41,179 bases of DNA, from NCBI GenBank assembly GCA_046597175.1, contig JBKJKY010000068.1, positions 1 through 41,179 of the forward strand, written 5' to 3'. The notes under the pieces are model-generated. The model ran no database searches and was not told where the DNA came from. It saw nothing but the letters and a program-made list of their open reading frames with translations. Every line of letters begins with the position of its first letter. Position 1 is the first letter of the stretch. Made by a program: the position numbers and the translations under genes. This DNA is from Parcubacteria group bacterium. GTDB lineage: Bacteria > Patescibacteriota > Minisyncoccia > Phycocordibacterales > Zambryskibacteraceae. Below, one piece after another: positions 39,479 to 41,179 of the stretch.

Positions 39479-41179
39479 ATGCCAACCATCCCGCAATATA
39501 ATGTCGGGCAGGTGCGCAATGCCGATCTGCCAGCCAATGCGATGTCTGCCAATGCATCGGCGGCATCATTCGGTGGTAATGAAGCAGAAGGACTTTCAGC
39601 TCTCAGTCAAGGCTTAGGCCGTGCAGGATACACGGCTGGCAATATCGCGGTGAACATTCAGGAGCGGGATAACGAGGATGTTGTTCGTGGCCAGATGAAC
39701 ACGGCGCGAGCCGAAATGAATCAGTTCGCGCAAGAGCAATACTCTCTGAAAGGCAGTGATGCCTTTGGCGCTAGCACGCGCATCAAGGAGCACGCTGAAA
39801 AGGTTCAAGCGAAGTACGAGCAGAGCCTTGGGAATGATGTCCAGAAGCGCACATTCTCGAATGTGTTTGGATCGTACGCAGGAGAGCATTTGCTCCGGTC
39901 TCAGAACTTCGAGCGCGATCAGATGGATGCCTATCATCAGCAGACTCTCAATCAGTCCGTGGATAGATCGGTTGAAGAGATTCAGATGCACATGAATGAT
40001 CCTGATTTTGTGACGGGGCGACTCGGTGAGATCGCTGCTGACACTCGGCGGCTGAACTCTGGCCGTGGGGATATCGATGAGAAGGTGAAGTTGGCGATTC
40101 AAGGCACGCTTCTGAAAGCCATCTCGGAGAAATCCGCTACTGATCCAGTGGGTGCGCTCACATTTCTTGAAACGCATATCGGCAACCTTGGGAAAGGTGA
40201 GCATATCATCACTTTGCAGAAACGACTTCAGGGACAAGTCAAAGATTTGAGGAATGCCGATATCATCATGCGTGAGACTGCCGCGCCTGGCGCAACTCTT
40301 GAAACGGTGATTGCCTCGATCGACAAGCAGAACCTTCCTCCCGATGAGAAGGAAAAGGCTCTTGCGGGTGCGCGGGCTCAAATGTCGATCCGCACCGAAG
40401 CGCAAGCTCAGTCGGAGCGCAAAGCCACTGAAGGCGGCTGGAATCAATTTTACACAGCGCCCAGCGCGGCGACGATTGCTACTTTACCTATTTCTCCTGA
40501 AGAAAAGCAGAAAATGACGGAAAAGCTTACGGTGATGACCAAGATTAAAACCGATGCCGAGTACGCTGGCAAGTATGGCGAAGTCTTGCGCATGTCGAAG
40601 AAAGATTTCCTCGAGAAAAATCTCTTTGAGATCCGCTATGACGTTTCGCCACAACAATACCAGAATCTTGTTAAGGATCAGGATGAGCTAAGGAAGACGG
40701 GTAAGGAAAAGACTCCTGGATTTGCGGCGGCGATTAAGGATGCAACTACTGAGGCTGGGAAGCTTGAACCTTTCCACATTGGAGAAACAGATTCTCAAGA
40801 AGTGATTGTTAAAAAGCAGGACGCATTGAATCAATTTGTATCGGCTTATTCATCTAGGCTTGAGGCTATTCCTGACGCTCAGCGCAACGATTGGAAAGTT
40901 AAGCAAGACATTCGAAATGAACTCCTGAAGGAAGTGGTCATTAATCATCGAAGCCCGTTGTCTTGGCTGAACGGAGCGATTGATGGCGTTCCTTTCGGAT
41001 CGGATGAGAAGGCTGCTCGGTATGAAATAGAAAGCGGTGCCAAGGCGGGTGCTCCTGTGGTACCGGCGACAAAGCAAACCACCGGATTCAAGACTCGTGA
41101 GGAGATCAAAAAAGCTTATGACAGCGGATGGATTACTGAAAAGCAGGGCATTGATGAGATTCAGAGCTTAAAAAAAAAG
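39479..41179 (+). CDS. 5' part of the wrap-around gene (continues at 1..552; 711 aa in total): internal virion protein C (gp15-like)
   Basis: Absent from the ORF track because it has no stop codon inside the window. Hand translation from the ATG at 39479 is open to 41179 and in phase with frame 1 at nt 1. Confidence 0.8.
   Translation, partial: MPTIPQYNVGQVRNADLPANAMSANASAASFGGNEAEGLSALSQGLGRAGYTAGNIAVNIQERDNEDVVRGQMNTARAEMNQFAQEQYSLKGSDAFGASTRIKEHAEKVQAKYEQSLGNDVQKRTFSNVFGSYAGEHLLRSQNFERDQMDAYHQQTLNQSVDRSVEEIQMHMNDPDFVTGRLGEIAADTRRLNSGRGDIDEKVKLAIQGTLLKAISEKSATDPVGALTFLETHIGNLGKGEHIITLQKRLQGQVKDLRNADIIMRETAAPGATLETVIASIDKQNLPPDEKEKALAGARAQMSIRTEAQAQSERKATEGGWNQFYTAPSAATIATLPISPEEKQKMTEKLTVMTKIKTDAEYAGKYGEVLRMSKKDFLEKNLFEIRYDVSPQQYQNLVKDQDELRKTGKEKTPGFAAAIKDATTEAGKLEPFHIGETDSQEVIVKKQDALNQFVSAYSSRLEAIPDAQRNDWKVKQDIRNELLKEVVINHRSPLSWLNGAIDGVPFGSDEKAARYEIESGAKAGAPVVPATKQTTGFKTREEIKKAYDSGWITEKQGIDEIQSLKKK
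41063..41179. repeat. Terminal direct repeat, right copy (identical to 1..117)
   Basis: Exact 117-nt match to the window start. Confidence 0.95.

Noticed and set aside
39614-40447. A 277-aa minus-strand ORF
   Set aside because: It is antisense to the + strand frame, which is open from 39479 through the window end and continues in phase at nt 1. The + strand gene fits the T7-like gene order. The minus-strand product is Arg/Leu/Ser-rich, which is typical of antisense frames.

Overview
The window is one complete phage genome. Its first 117 nt are repeated exactly at the end (1..117 = 41063..41179), giving a 41,062-bp unit, and one gene runs across the junction. The gene content fits a temperate podovirus-like phage.

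**Late block (+ strand, about 27.4 kb through the junction to 13.7 kb):**
- small and large terminase, portal, scaffold, major capsid and a Bbp16-like cement protein
- then the T7 gene order: a 196-aa gp11-like adaptor, an 834-aa gp12-like nozzle, and gp13-, gp14-, gp15- and gp16-like internal virion proteins
- then tail fibre genes and a lysis cassette ending in an M15 peptidase

**Early block (- strand, 24.4 kb down to 13.7 kb):** an HTH/Xis-like protein, a Sak4-like ATPase, an SSB with a DDIPF tail, a replication organiser, a DnaC-like loader, a VRR-NUC nuclease, a Lar-like protein and many small unknown ORFs.

**Lysogeny module (24.8-27.4 kb):** a repressor candidate, two moron-like genes, a tyrosine integrase, and an attP-like region containing a tRNA-Val 5'-half fragment.

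No phage RNA or DNA polymerase, reverse transcriptase or CRISPR array was seen. Most genes lack a Shine-Dalgarno sequence.

**Most unusual features:**
1. A cluster of early genes built from in-frame 6- or 12-nt repeats with fixed scaffold residues and hypervariable positions. These are (T-x-x-A)x58, (A-X)x28, and an untracked 47-aa (G-X)x14 peptide.
2. A 15-nt motif, GGGGTCATATACAAG, found three times upstream of late genes.
3. A 2318-aa ejection protein carrying polyvalent-protein-type modules, including an HExxH motif.
4. A roughly 400-bp immunity-region leader with mutually exclusive helices and a long-stem structure.

All functional calls come from reading motifs by eye. No database search was run.
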